Assembly: GCF_009914755.1 (NCBI RefSeq)
Contig: NC_060925.1
Source: the human T2T-CHM13v2.0 reference genome, Homo sapiens
Strand: one strand, 5' to 3'
DNA: 64,000 nucleotides
The position numbers and the translations under genes are program-made. Under the pieces are notes generated by a model. That model was not told where the DNA came from and did not search any database. It saw nothing but the letters and a program-made list of their open reading frames with translations. Below, piece by piece: positions 51,234 through 64,000 of the stretch. How positions within the stretch are numbered: the stretch's first letter is position 1; every line of letters starts with the position of its first letter.

Positions 51234-52719
51234 ACCTTCCAAAGCAAAGCAATGTGTGCGTTTTTTCAGTTTGTCTGGTTTTTAAATTTTTTTCCTTTCC
51301 AGTATTCAAAGGTTGAGACATATATGTACTTATGATTAAATAAAACCCAGCCGTCTTTTGGTTTTGGTTTGTTGGGACCTTGGCCTTTCTGGAGGGTCTC
51401 AGCCTCCATCCCACCACCTGGGATTTCCCAAAAATGTGCTGGAGGTGGCATGGAAAATCCAGTATGTGTTCTAGTGGAAAAACAATTTGTAACAACATTT
51501 CCTGGAGTGGTGGAGTTTTAACTCATTGAGAGGATATTTACCATATGCTGGGAGGGCTTAGAGAGGGCAGCCCAGTGCTGGGGAGACACTGGGCTTCGTC
51601 TCGGTCACCTCAGGTTGGGGGTCCTCCGGGGCGGCCCTTCTGTGTATGCTCAGCCTTGTGAGACAAGGGACACTCACTCTTCTCAGGCCCACCTCGTCCC
51701 AGGAGCTGGCAAGGAAGCATCTCACTCTCCCTAGTCATTACCATCTCCAGGGCATGGGGGAAGCCTGAGGCTCAGTGGGAAGAAAGGACCTGTGGTGGCC
51801 ACAGTTCTAGGAAGCAGCACAGGCCGCCCCTAGCACTCCTAATCCAGAACCCCCTGTGCCTTCCACCAGAGGCCACAGCAGGTTACTGACTGATTTCAAG
51901 TGTCTGGGCAGCTCTTGGCTGTGAAAAGGTTCTTTTACTTCTTCAGTTCAGTTCCCCCACCAGGCCCAGCTCCATGCTCTGTAGCCCTCTCTTTAGCCTC
52001 CACTCCAGGGCAGCCCAACAGACTTTTGGGGAAAATGACTTTGTCCTTCCCAAGCTTCTCCTCTCCATGCTTAGCCCCAGTTCTTACAGTTCCTCGTAGC
52101 TCCCAGGTTCACTCTCACCACCTTCCTATAGATCGATCCACTCTCTCCTGAGCACTCATGGGCACTGGGTGCTGCCTTTTATCCAAACTGTCCTGGGGCT
52201 GGGAACGGGATTAGGCTGGAGCAAGCCAGTATGGTTTCCATGTTAGCTCTCTGCAAGCGGGATACTTGGGCGCGACCTAAGTGTGCTCTGCACCCATCAG
52301 AAACAACACCATTTCTGATGGCAGAGAGGCACCCAGACGGTTCTAGGAAACCCAGCTCACTGTTTACCCAGTGCCTATTTTGCACTTTGTCCCCAGACAA
52401 AGGTGTCTGACCTTTCCTGCCTGGCTTTCTAAATGATACTTTTGAATGGCTGCTTTGTTGTCCCTTGAGGTCCCAGCACATACCCAAGACAGGAATGCAT
52501 GCAGCGGTCAGCACCCCATGAATACGAACCGCTATGAAAGCAGTCCGGGGCAGCATGGAGTTCCTGCTTCCCTCTTCCCTTCCTTTCCTACCTCATCATG
52601 CTGCCATCATCTGGCTCCAAGAGAAGAGCAGCCATGTCCTTTCTAGTTGAAAACATCAGGAAAAGTACAATAAACAATTAAATAAAGAAACTTAAGGCAA
52701 GGAGGGGAAAGAGCCTTCT

Positions 52720-52900
52720 ATGTGCCTACACAGGAAAACTCATTTCTTTTAATCCTCCTATCAACTCCTAATGAGGGGTACTATTGCTGCCATTTTATAG
52801 ATGAGAAAACTAAGGCATGGTTGATTAATTTGCCTAAGTTCAGCAACCGAATAAATGGCAGAGTCAGGCTGGGGCCTGTGTCATTGGCTTCTACAGCCCA
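52720..52900 (-). mobile_element. MIR SINE
   Basis: CATTTTATAGATGAGAAAACTAAGGCA. Confidence 0.8.
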
Positions 52901-54299
52901 AACATGGCGCCTGCCTTGGTAAAGTGCTGGAACTGCTCACTCTGTCGCAGCTTCTCGAATTCTTTGTAGACTTCCAATGTTCCCAAACACACCATAAGGC
53001 AAAGCCTGGATAACTGGAAATGGGGGCAAATTATCCACCTTTGAAATCAATTCCAGCACCTGGCAGGTGACGTCGTGAGCCCCAGTCCCAAAGATTACAA
53101 ATACCTTCCTTTGCAGTTGCCTTGGTAAAATGACCCCTGGTTGAGAACTAGCCCAGGGAATGCAAGCATTGCGCAGACACAAGAGTAGCAGGAAGAGAGG
53201 TGTCTGACCTGAAACCGCTCACAAGCACAAGTGTTTTTCTTAGGGAGTTTCCTCCCCCTCAGCTATTTCAGGCTACCGTCCTGGTGACCTGGACAGATTC
53301 CGCGGTGCCCGCTGTGGGAAGAGCGGGGAGCTCCTTGGTGACAGGGAGGGAGCCAGAGCAATGTAGGGAGGGGCTGCTGGAATGAATGGAGTGAGGGCCC
53401 ACAGCCAGCTCATCTGCCCAGGGGCAGTTTTAGCAGCAGTGTGCAATTGGATAACTGAAATCTGGGGTGAGTGCTGGTACACAAGGAGTGGCTTCCAATA
53501 CAAATAGAGAAGACTACGCCAGCGCCCACTGTGCCTCTTTCCCTCCATTGCCAAATCTTCCGGGGTGTCTGGACCCGGCCCCCTCCATAGAAAGAGCTGG
53601 TCCATTGACACTGCTCAGAAGGCCTGAGTCAGCAGAATCGGAACCAGGTCTTGGTAGAGGATGGAGATGGAGTTATCCTTTCTGCAAGGGCCAGGGAATG
53701 AGCAGAGCTTACCTGAGCCCTTCACTTATTCATCCAAAGGCACTGGCTTTAGGCTGAATGCTGGGGGGGCAAGGATGAACCAGATAGACACAGTCCTCTG
53801 TGGCCCGTGCTCTGGGTATAGACCTGGTTAGATGTCCCTGCCTTGCAGGAGCTCAGTCATGGGGAAGACAGACATGAAAGCAGCCCACTTCAGTACAGCG
53901 AGACAAATGCCATGAGGCAGATTCATTAACAAGGAGCAGAGGCACCTGAAGCATAAGGAGGGCCTTGCTCACTGGTGTATTCCAAGTATTTGCAACAGGG
54001 CCTGGCACACAGTAGGGGTGCAGTTAGCACATCTTGTTACTGCAAGGAATGAGGAGATTAGGTCGAGGCATTCTGGGCAGATGGAACATCATGCACAAAA
54101 GCAGGGAGGTGCAAGAGAGGGGTGACCTATGCAGGAGACTAGAAGCAACTCCAGAGAGCATTGCCTCGGTAGGCAACAGTAGAATGGAGGCTACAGACTC
54201 TTCTCAAAGGCCTCTGAAGTTGGGAATACCTTGCTGAAGTTCACGCAGTCTTTCAGCGATGGATTTCAGAGCCAGAGGCACGGGGACTTACACTTAACA

Positions 54300-54510
54300 A
54301 GTGTATTACACCCAGGCCCTACATTGGATCATTACCATTTGCATGTGTATACGCTGCCTGGCCCAGTCCCATCCCACTAACAGGCTGTGAGAGTCTTTAC
54401 TGACCCATTTTACAGATGAGTAAAGTAAAGTTCCAAGAGGAAAATAGGTGCCTAGGTTCACACAGCTTATAAGAGGCCAGGCAGGGATTCAAAGCCGGTG
54501 ATTTAGGACA
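54300..54510 (-). mobile_element. MIR relic
   Basis: CCCATTTTACAGATGAGTAAAGT...GGTTCACACAGCT...GGGATTCAAA. Confidence 0.78.
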
Positions 54511-55779
54511 TTCCATGTTCCCACACTCCCTGGAGTGCAGCTTAAATCTGAGATGGTGAGGTAGGAACAAGGGCCAGGTCTTTGTGTCCAGCTGTTCATA
54601 CAGAACCAGAACTCCCTGGCTCCTCTCGCCTTTGGGGGATGTGCTGTCAGTCACAGCCTCCTGTCACAGGGCATGAGGTGGCTGCTGCTCCCTGTGCCGG
54701 ACCCTGGGAGCTGAACATGCAGGGTAAGCCCTGTCGTGCCCCCACGCTCCCCTACCCCCACCAGGCGGTGACCCCAAGCTGCTGCGTAGCCATGGCTGAC
54801 AGGTCTCCGGGAGACACCTGTTTTTCATTGCTGGCCCCTGTGGCTCTCTGGCAGTGACTGTGTTTGTTTTGGGGAGGAGGGTGCAGGCTGGGAGGAAAAA
54901 GCCTTTTCTGCAGGTCTGCAAGGACCTGGGGTTGCTGAGGACGCCGCAGACAGCCCTAAAGGGGACAAGAGAGGGGAAGGCACCTCTGGAGCAGCAGTGG
55001 ACAATGGCTGCTCGCCTGCTCCTCACTCCTCACTAGCTGGGCGGGGGGCGGGGTTTGAGGGGGAAATGCAGTCTCAGCAGCAGACGGAGATGAAATCTGC
55101 TGAGGCCCAGCCCTTACAGAAGCCTCCCCTGCTTCACCACCTCCCCTTGCAGCTGTTCACTCATTGGTTCATCCATTCATTCAACACTCCAACATCCACT
55201 AAGGAGTCCACTACTGTTGGGAGCCCTGGAAGCACAAAGATGGATCAAACATGCCCCTGGCATCAAGGGACTTCCAGACAGGTGGGGGAACACTGAAGGA
55301 GGGGACCAGGCGTGGGATGAGCACTGTGACTGAGGGCAGCAGCAGAGGGCTGGGTGAGGCATGCAGGGCTGGAACAGCTAATTACTGGGGACCAGGTCAG
55401 TCAAGGAAGGCTTCCAGGAAGAGGAAGCACTTTGCCAAATCTTGGAGGTCAAGTACAGGTGGAGGAAAGTAAGAAATAACATCTCACAGAGGGTGACGAA
55501 ATGGAAGCAGGAGAAATTTCTGCACATTGGCTGAATGACAAGAAAATCCACACAGGTGGAGAAGGGCCCATTAGGGAAGTTGCAGGACATGGGCCAGCAG
55601 TGGGCAGGGTCAGACTGGGGGGGCTTGCACCCCCTCTTCTAACGCCTTCCCACCTGGCTCTTCTCCTTCTCTATTCAAACCCACTTCACAGTTGCCTTCT
55701 CTTGTCTCTTTTCTTCTCCCCATTCTGTTTCACACCCTCCCCAGTGTATGAACTGACTGTGATCCTGAGAGGCACAGTT

Positions 55780-55960
55780 GAGAAAGCTCCAACTATGTCT
55801 CAGGCACTAGCCAAAGCACTGTACACAGTTTAACGTTTGCACTTAAAACTGTTCTATGAAGCAGGTACTGTTTTCCCGTCTTGCAGATGAGAAAACAGAC
55901 CCTGAGAGGTTAAGTGATTTGTTCAAGACCACGCACAGCTCCTGCAGAGCAGGGTCAGAG
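55780..55960 (-). mobile_element. MIR SINE
   Basis: GCAGATGAGAAAACAGACCCTGAGAGGTTAAGTGATTTGTTCAAGACCACGCACAGC. Confidence 0.8.
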
Positions 55961-56328
55961 ACGCATCCAGACCCAACAGATGGTGTTCAGGTGTCATGGA
56001 CCAAGTCCAGCACGCAAGGACGGGCTCCAGGACTCCCCTGGAAGTTGGTGGGCCACAGAGGTGAGAAGAGAGAGTTCCACAGGCCCTGGGCAGGCAGTCC
56101 AGATAGGCCAGGAACCCCGGAAACCCTTAGAAAGTGAGTCTGAAATGCTGGGTGCTGAAGTCCAGGATGCTCCACTGAGATTCTAGCCTATCTTTCCTGC
56201 CACAGTGAATATCCATTCCCTCATATCTGTGGATGGGTGGGCGTCAGGCAGCAGGCTGAGAGGCTATTACCTCTGTCACTCATGGGACACTCCTCCCAAG
56301 TTCTAATGGGCTAGAAACCAGAGTTCTT

Positions 56329-56710
<382 letters not shown>

Positions 56711-57299
56711 TTATGATCTATGACATGCATGTTGGCCCGCAGGCGTGTGCTGCTGGGGAAGGGCTTTAGACTCAGGTTGGCTGGGTTTGGTTGGTTGTTT
56801 TCATGAAGAAGTGCTCTTTCCCATTACAAAGCCTCTTAACATGTGCTGTCCTGTCTCATTCTTGCAACAGTTATTATTCCCATTTTGCATTTGGAAGAGC
56901 TGAAGGTCAGAATAAAGTAATCTAGCAGTCAGAGGTGCTACCTGGATTTAGAAAAGAACGCCTCCTATGTACTCTGCTTTTAAGGCCCAGTCAGAACATC
57001 ACCTTCACTCTACAGCCTGCTGTGGTTCCTTGAAGTGCCCTGAGTGGACCTGAGACCCTGGCAGTACCACACTGCATGGAAGGCAAGGGTTCACCTGTCT
57101 GTCTCCGTGGCTGGGCTGTGAATGCTTTATGTGTCTGCATAGCCAGCTCCTTTCTGGCAGTCCTGCACATGGCAACTGTGCTACAACTGTGTAGCAAGTA
57201 GATGAATAGGAAAACATTAGCCACCATATTTGGAGAACAGACTGTCTGTCAACAATGGTGACACAGAGAATGTGACCCACCCTCCGAGTTACATGCTAT

Positions 57300-57430
57300 T
57301 AGCCACATTTTACAGAGAAGAGAACAGGCTCAGAGGGACCTGTCCAAGATCACATAGCTAGTACGCAGCACGGCAGAATCTGAATCCATGTCTATCTGAT
57401 TCCAAACACAGTGGCCTTCACTGCTCTCCT
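57300..57430 (-). mobile_element. MIR relic
   Basis: CATTTTACAGAGAAGAGAACAGGCTCAGAGG...CCAAGATCACATAGCTAGT. Confidence 0.75.
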
Positions 57431-60400
57431 GCCCATAAAGAAATTCTTGTTGAGTTTATGAATACCCCCTCCCTCCTTCTCTTCCTTTCCTCCAACTCAG
57501 GCAAGCAGGGGTAGAGGAGACCACGTGGAACTGTGCACCCAGATAATAATCAGGAAGCCTGGCCATAAGCCAAGACGGGGACGGAAAGGACTCCAAGCTC
57601 TTCCTGCCCAGCCAGACTCATACCATTCTATGCCTCCATGCAGACTGGGGAAAATCAGCGACCAAGGTCCAGAGTCAGGGCTAGAGGTAAACATATCCAA
57701 GAACTCGATCTGAGCCACAGTCTGGGCTGTGGTTCCTTCTGCCTAGGCTGACCAAAAGCCAAGGGATTTGGGAAGCTCAGCTCTAAGTGGCCCCAGAAAA
57801 CCACATCAGGAGCTAACAGATGTTCCTTCCTCCTCTCTCACCTGGACAATCCTTGCTCATTCTTACAGGCCCTGTTGGGATGTCACTCCTCTGAGGTGTC
57901 TCCTTGGAGCTTAGTCACTCCCTCTTGGGCTCCCGCGGTCCGCCAAGCTGCCTACTGTACAATCATTGTGTGTTGTGGTCATCTGCTTTATTATAGGTCT
58001 CCCCAGTTCGTGCAGGCAGAGTGCTCTGTGCTTGTTAAATGAGTAAAGGAATAAATGGGTCAGTGAATAAGTGAATGAATAGACAATTATCTGAACAAAT
58101 GAAAAGGGAAGTAAATAAATGTACAGATGGGAAAATAAAAGAGAGTGAATGGAGTAAGTGGTGGCTGGCTGGGCCAGTGAATGAACTGCATGCGCTCAGC
58201 CCTCCCCATGGTGAGCTATCCAAGGAGACTGAAACATCTCTTAGCCATAGAGGGCTCCAGAAATCTAAGGGGAGCCAAACAGCAAAGTCTATCTTAAAAG
58301 CTGCCTGGAGCTGTAGTACTATCCCTGTTGGGGGTAACAGGAAGCAGAGAGGAGCTTCCTGCCTTCAAATCTCTCCAAGGGAAGCTGGAAAAAGCAGCTC
58401 CGCTGCTGGTTGGGTTCCACCTTATCTGCTGGCTGACTGTGGGGAAATCAGCACCTCTTTATGGACTTTGGTCTCCCCATCTGTAAAATGAGAGGATTGG
58501 ACTGGACTAGACAGTTTGTGAGGACCATCTAGTGGAGCAATGCACAGGGCAAGAGTTCTAAGGAGGACATCACTCAAGGGAAGAGAACTTGCATGCCCAT
58601 GTCAGTTCCTGTGCCTGAGCTGGGTCACTGCTCCAGTCAGCTCCTGTCATGCCCTTCCAACAAGGCATGCTAAGTGCACAGCACTGCATGTCAAGTGCTC
58701 AGAAGGAGGGATATGGTAGGGCTTCCTGGAGAGGGGGGTGCTGGTGCTGGGGCAGGAAAGAGAGGGAGGATGTAAATAGGAGGAGAGGGGTTGAGAGGGC
58801 TCCTGGATGTCGCACTGAGCATTAGTGATTGTTCCTTTAGGTAATGGGACAGGAGATGAAAGAGATCTGGGAACAGACCTGCCTCAGCTTCCTGTACAGA
58901 CTTTACACAGAAAGCTCAATTACCTTTGGAGACATTGGTCTGCTACTTTCTAGTTGTGTGTGAGACTTTGGTACATGTATAGTAAGATGAGACTCATTAT
59001 GGCACCTGTATCATAGGGTTTTCCTGAGGATCGAGTGGTGGATGATGCCCAGTGCCTGGCAGAGTACTCAGTGGCTCTGTGAATCAGAGGCAGGTGTTAT
59101 AATTATTCTTGTACAGTGAAGGCAGTGAAATTCAGAGAGGGGAAGTGATGTGCCCAAAGTCACATAGCAAGTCAACCCTAGATTTCTGGATGTCCTGTCC
59201 CTGGCTTAATCTCCGTCAAATTAGAGGTCAAGAGGGCTATAGGTTTAAGACCATGGCCTCTCCTGTCCTCAAAATGATGCATGACCTAGACCATGTGACT
59301 CTGAATCAGAGCACTTTCCATCCAAAAGAGTATTTCCCCATTCAAGGTGGCCCTGGGGAGGCTGGGTGTTTTCCCCTGGGGGCAGCCCCACTGGCTCTGC
59401 CCTGGGTTGCTGCCTCTTTGGAAGCCACTCTGGAAGCTGAAAAGCATTCTTTAGCATGGCTCTGAAGTGGGGAAACCTTGGTCTTCTGAGCTGGAAGCAG
59501 CCAAGATGTGCAGTCAAAACTCAGAGAAAAATGGAATTTAGCCACTGGTCAAAGGTCCCTGGCAGTGCCTGTCCCCTATCCTGAGCTGTAACTCCCTGCA
59601 GGGCAGAGACCCTCTTTTCCTTATTGGTGTTTCTACAGTGCTGAGCACAGGGTTGCGTGCTTAACAGGTACTTCAGGATGAATGAATGAATGACACTATG
59701 GGAGATCTGGAGGACCTCTTAGACATCATGTGGTCTATCTCTTGTACTTTATGAATGGCCTGGCAAGGGGAAGGGGCTTTCTCAAGGTCATACAGTCAGT
59801 GATGCACACAGAACTGCAATCCACCCTCTTGGACTCCTCTCGGACTATAGTGTTCCTTCTGCTGCACAACTGCCTTAACTATGGAACTACCCATTTTATT
59901 AAAGGAATTTAGAAACACCTTTGAGGTTTGCACTCTCAACTTGCTGCACCATACTTGGCCTAGACACACACTCACTAAATGTTTGTCAAACTGGACCACA
60001 GAATTTGATCTGTGCTTGGTGCTCACTGAAACCTTTCCCTGCCACATCTGCACCCTTGGTGGTCTCTTCCCAATTTCAGACTCCTTAGGAATGACAGGTC
60101 ACGGTAGACCAACTGCTGGGTCAGAATGACCTGTGAATTTCCAGAAGTGGAGACGTTTTCTGGGCTGGAGATGATGATCTCCAAAGACACAAATATGCAA
60201 GTTGCCTCCGCTGCCAGGGCCAGCAGCTAAGAAAGACAAGTCCCAAGGTGGGGCTGGCGGGCAGAGCAGAAGCTTCCCAGGTCCTTTCCAGATTCCTTCC
60301 AACAACCATCAGACTTCCAAAGGGTCTCCAGACTGTGACACACACAACTTTCATGACAAGAGAGGAAAAATGAAGTCACTGTTTCCCTCCAGGCATCCCA

Positions 60401-60754
60401 GATGTCTCTCTCTTCCCACCCACCTATGTGACAGTGTCTCTGCTGTATTTTAGAACTGGATTATTCTATGTTTGTATTTTTGTTGTATGTTGCAAAAATG
60501 CTTCTGAGAATCTGATAATGCAGGGCTCAGCAAAGCCAACTGTCTCTAAAACCCTCTTTGGCTTCACGAACTTTTATTTACAAAGCACCTACTATGGATG
60601 TGTGCTATGTGTGCGATGGAGTGTGCTAGAAATTCTGATGCAATGCCAGGAGACTCTGGCCGTCACCCTTGCAACCTCGGCATCTAATAAAGGACCCTGA
60701 ATCCAAATACATAGTAGTCACTGAATAAGTGACTGTAAAGAAAATTAGGGGATC

Positions 60755-60980
60755 TGATATGTATTGAGTACCTAATATAGGCTAGAGTCTATACAAGCTC
60801 ACTAATCCATACCTCAACTAGAAAAGTAGGTCTGTGATCCCCAGTTGACAAGTAAGGAAACATGTTCAGAGAGGGAAAGTAAGCTGTCCATGGTCACACA
60901 GCTAATGAGAGGCAGAACTGGGGTGCAGGCTCAGGGCTGTCCATCTGCAAAGCCCACGCCATTTCTGCCATCTGTGCTGC
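60755..60980 (-). mobile_element. MIR relic
   Basis: AGGAAACATGTTCAGAGAGGGAAAGTAAGCTGTCCATGGTCACACAGCTAA. Confidence 0.75.
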
Positions 60981-61529
60981 TGCAGTCCTCCAGGTCTCTG
61001 TTTAGCCAGCGGGATGATTAATATCTACACTCTCTCATCTGGTTCCCTAGATAAGCAGCAGTGTGAGCTGGCCTGGGGGAGAGGGATCCACGCTGTGGCT
61101 AACATGTACCTAGCCTACTGCCATGGAGAGTGGCTACTTGCTATCTCTACCAAGAATAACAGAATCAACAAGCCTTGGCCCAGGCTCCACAAGAGGCCAA
61201 GAGCACGACTGAGTGGGTGACCAGGGTCAGGGCCTGGTCAGAGGCCAGGTAGGAATCACTGGGGCCAGGTCAGGGCTGAAGCTTGTGGTCAAGGACTCTG
61301 AGTGGTCAAGGTGGATCATAACACAGAGTCTAAACCTTGGCTTCATCAGCCCACACAGAATCTAGCACAATTAAAGAAAACCAGCCAGAAAGATGCCAGG
61401 GGTGGAGTTGCACAGGCCTGGGCTGCACTCTGGCTTCGCCTGCCACTGGCTGGGTAAGTATGGGCATCTCCCTGGGTCTCTCTGAGCCTCAGCTGTCATC
61501 TATAAAATAAGATAATGATATGCACCTTT

Positions 61530-62335
61530 GATTCCTTCCTTTCCTCACCTCCCAGATCCGATCACACACAATGCTCTGTTGATTCCACCTCCTCAATGCA
61601 CTCAAATCTGTCCTCTTCTGTTCATCTCCACAGCACTTCTTCCCCTGGAAATCTAGACTTATTTCCTAAGTTTCCACATCTACTCCGACCTCCCTCTAGG
61701 CCATTCTCTGCAGTCCACTGATGGTGTGCTTTTCAAAAGAACAAATCTTCTCATGGGACTCCCCTGTTTAAAACCCTTCAAGGGTCCCTAGTGCCCTTCA
61801 GCTAAAGTGAAAGATCCTGAATGGCCTTATAAAGCTCAGGGTCTGGCCTCGGCCTTCCTCTCTGTCTCAAAGAGGACCTCCCTTCCTTGTGCACTGCAAG
61901 GCATGTACACAGCTGCTTCCCTCTGAGCCTCAAATGCGCCAAGGCCTTTCCCACCTTAGGTCTTCACACTCGTGGTTCCTTGGCCTGAAACCTTCCTCTT
62001 CACCACCTTCCCCTGCCCAACCTGCTCAGCCTTCAGGTTTCAGCCTGAGTGTCACCTCCTCAGAGGAGCCCCCTCCGGCCTTGGTCTCAGGCCAGGCCCC
62101 ATGCCAGTCATTCTTACATGCTCTGTACTCCTCCTTCTCTGAGGGATTCATCACCCTGGTAATTAGACAGTAATGCATTCAGGCAATTACTTGTTCAAGA
62201 TGAGTCTCACCACTGGATTCTCAAGAGGGCAAGGAATGGGAGTGACTTGGTGGACGCAGTATCTTCAGCACCTAACTGTGCCTGGCATAAAGTCAAGGTT
62301 CCATGCAGCCAATTTACAGGATGAATCAATGAACC
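61530..62335 (+). mobile_element. L2 LINE 3' fragment
   Basis: CTCCCCTGTTTAAAACCCTTCAA; TGTCACCTCCTCAGAGGAGCC; CAGCACCTAACTGTGCCTGGCATA...GATGAATCAATGAA. Confidence 0.8.
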
Positions 62336-62426
62336 CTGCCCATCCCTGACCACTGCACAGGCTGCTAGAGGATCTTGGGAAAGGATGGCTGAGAAAGGGA
62401 TTTTTCATCATAACTGGCTCTTTAGA

Positions 62427-62794
62427 TGTGGATGATGGTTAATTTTATGTGTCAACTTGGCTGGGCCATGGTATCCAGATATTTGGTCAGACATTATTCT
62501 AGATGTTTCTGTGAAGATATCTCTTTAGATGGGGTGAATATTTAAATCAGTAGACTTTGAGTAAAGCAGATTACTTCTATAACGTGGGTGGGCCTCATCC
62601 AATCAGTTGAAGGCTTTAAGAGAAAAAGCCTGACCTCCCTCAAGGGAGAGGGAATTCTGCCAGCAGATAACCTTGGACTCTTCCCTAGGTCTCCAGTCTG
62701 CTGGTCTACCCTGAAGACTGTGGACCTGCACCTTTAAAATCTTGTAAGCCAATTCCATAAAATCAATCTCTCTCTCTCACTCTCTACACACATA

Positions 62795-62847
<53 letters not shown>

Positions 62848-62886
62848 CCTATTAGTTCTGTTTCTCTGGAGAACCCGACTTATGAA
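62427..62886 (+). mobile_element. ERVL solo LTR, MLT2D-like
   Basis: GATGGTTAATTTTATGTGTCAACTTGGCT...GTGGGTGGGCCTCATCCAATCAGTTGAAGGC...GTTCTGTTTCTCTGGAGAACCC. Confidence 0.9.
62786..62846. repeat. (CA)n microsatellite (about 22 uninterrupted units, 62802-62846)
   Basis: Direct reading. Confidence 0.97.
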
Positions 62887-64000
62887 AGTGGCCTGAGATT
62901 TATGGTCTAGAATGTTTCCGGTCTTTATTCAGCCTTCAGTATCACTCAAAGGGGCAGCTGTAGAGCCTCGGGTCTGCATCTAGGATTCAAGGGGAAGTTT
63001 TCACTCTGCCACGGAATACGTGGGTGGCCTCCCCCATACCAGAGTCCCTGTCCAGGTTCCCACAGGTGGAAAGGGAGTCACAGTGAAATTTACCGGCTCA
63101 AGCATCTTGGCTGCTTCCAGGAACTGGACTCAGAAGACCAAGGTTTACCCCCTTCAGAACCATCTGAGGAATGAAACAGGCTCTCAGGCAGATCAAAGCA
63201 GAACACAGTACAGCAGTGCATTGTGAAATGAAAAGTACAACTTAGGGCTGAAAAGCTCTTCTCCCCAGCCTACACCTGATGCTCAGAACGTGGACTCCTA
63301 CCCCGGTACATGGTCCCTTAAGGAATTCAAGCCAAGGCTGCTTTCTCTGAGAACAAGAGGAGCAGTGATTGGGTAACACTGAATGATGTAAGATGATCCT
63401 ATTAGCTGGAACAGATGCACCCAGCCCTTTCTGTCCCCTGTCTAGTTCCCACCTTCTCAGACTTGACCCCCAGCTGTGGAGGGTGCCAACAGAACCCAGG
63501 GTAGACTGCTGGACAAACGACGTGGCATTTTCAAAGCAGTAATTTTGCCTGCTCTTAGCCTGAAAGAGGAGTGGAAGTAAGCAAGCAGAGGACACATAAG
63601 TTCAAAACCTCTTCCCACCACTCTGCTTGCAGTCACTTCTCTCAGTGAAAGAAACTTCCTCTGGGGCCATCTAGGGCAGAGGACCGGTGCTCCCGCTGGC
63701 CTGCCTGGGGATGGGAAAGGTGCAGGGAGCTATCCCTCACCCTTTCTTAGTCATGGTCCCTTAGTGACTAAGAACCTACTCCTGTGAAAAGGGCAAGTCT
63801 CTGTCTGCAACCAGAGGCAGCGCTTGGCTCAGTGTGGGGCCAGGGTCAACTGTTAGGCTGTGACCCCCAATGGCTTTGATTCCTGGGAAGTCACCTAGCC
63901 CAGAAAGTAACTGAATCTTTCTCTTAATATTTCCAGCAAACTGATCAAGCCTTTTTGAAACTCAGTCCAGAGATCTCACCTTCTCTACCTCCTAAGGTAG

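Noticed and set aside
51280-51320. Possible 9-nt microexon TTTCCAG|TATTCAAAG|GTTGAG
   Set aside because: The acceptor is good, but the donor GTTGAG is poor and no host gene is evident.

Overview
This is non-coding eukaryotic DNA, almost certainly human: it carries an AluYb8, a human-specific subfamily. It is CpG-depleted and intronic or intergenic. I cannot identify the locus. I find no supportable protein-coding gene, RNA gene, CpG island or CRISPR array. The six-frame ORFs are chance ORFs, decayed L1 ORF2, Alu-derived or low-complexity. A large part of the window is recognisable transposon debris. It includes a 3.1-kb 5'-truncated L1MC1 inserted into a MER20, 12 Alus, many MIR, L2 and L3 relics, and MaLR/ERVL solo LTRs (MLT1A0, MSTB, MLT1I/J, MLT2D). 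DNA transposons are MER1B, Tigger3a, MER46C, MER3 and MER45A, and several insertions are nested. Subfamily names come from recalled consensus sequences, and the boundaries of old repeats are approximate. I see no evidence of a new multi-gene system. Five observations stand out. (1) A perfect 84-bp dispersed duplication 592 bp apart has junctions resembling a templated insertion. (2) An AluYb8 carries three copies of the diagnostic 7-mer instead of two. (3) Several hairpins inside old transposons look perfected by template switching. (4) A 189-nt pure-purine tract faces a pyrimidine tract inside an LTR. (5) Several repeat-free blocks hold dense developmental transcription-factor motifs and are candidate enhancers.
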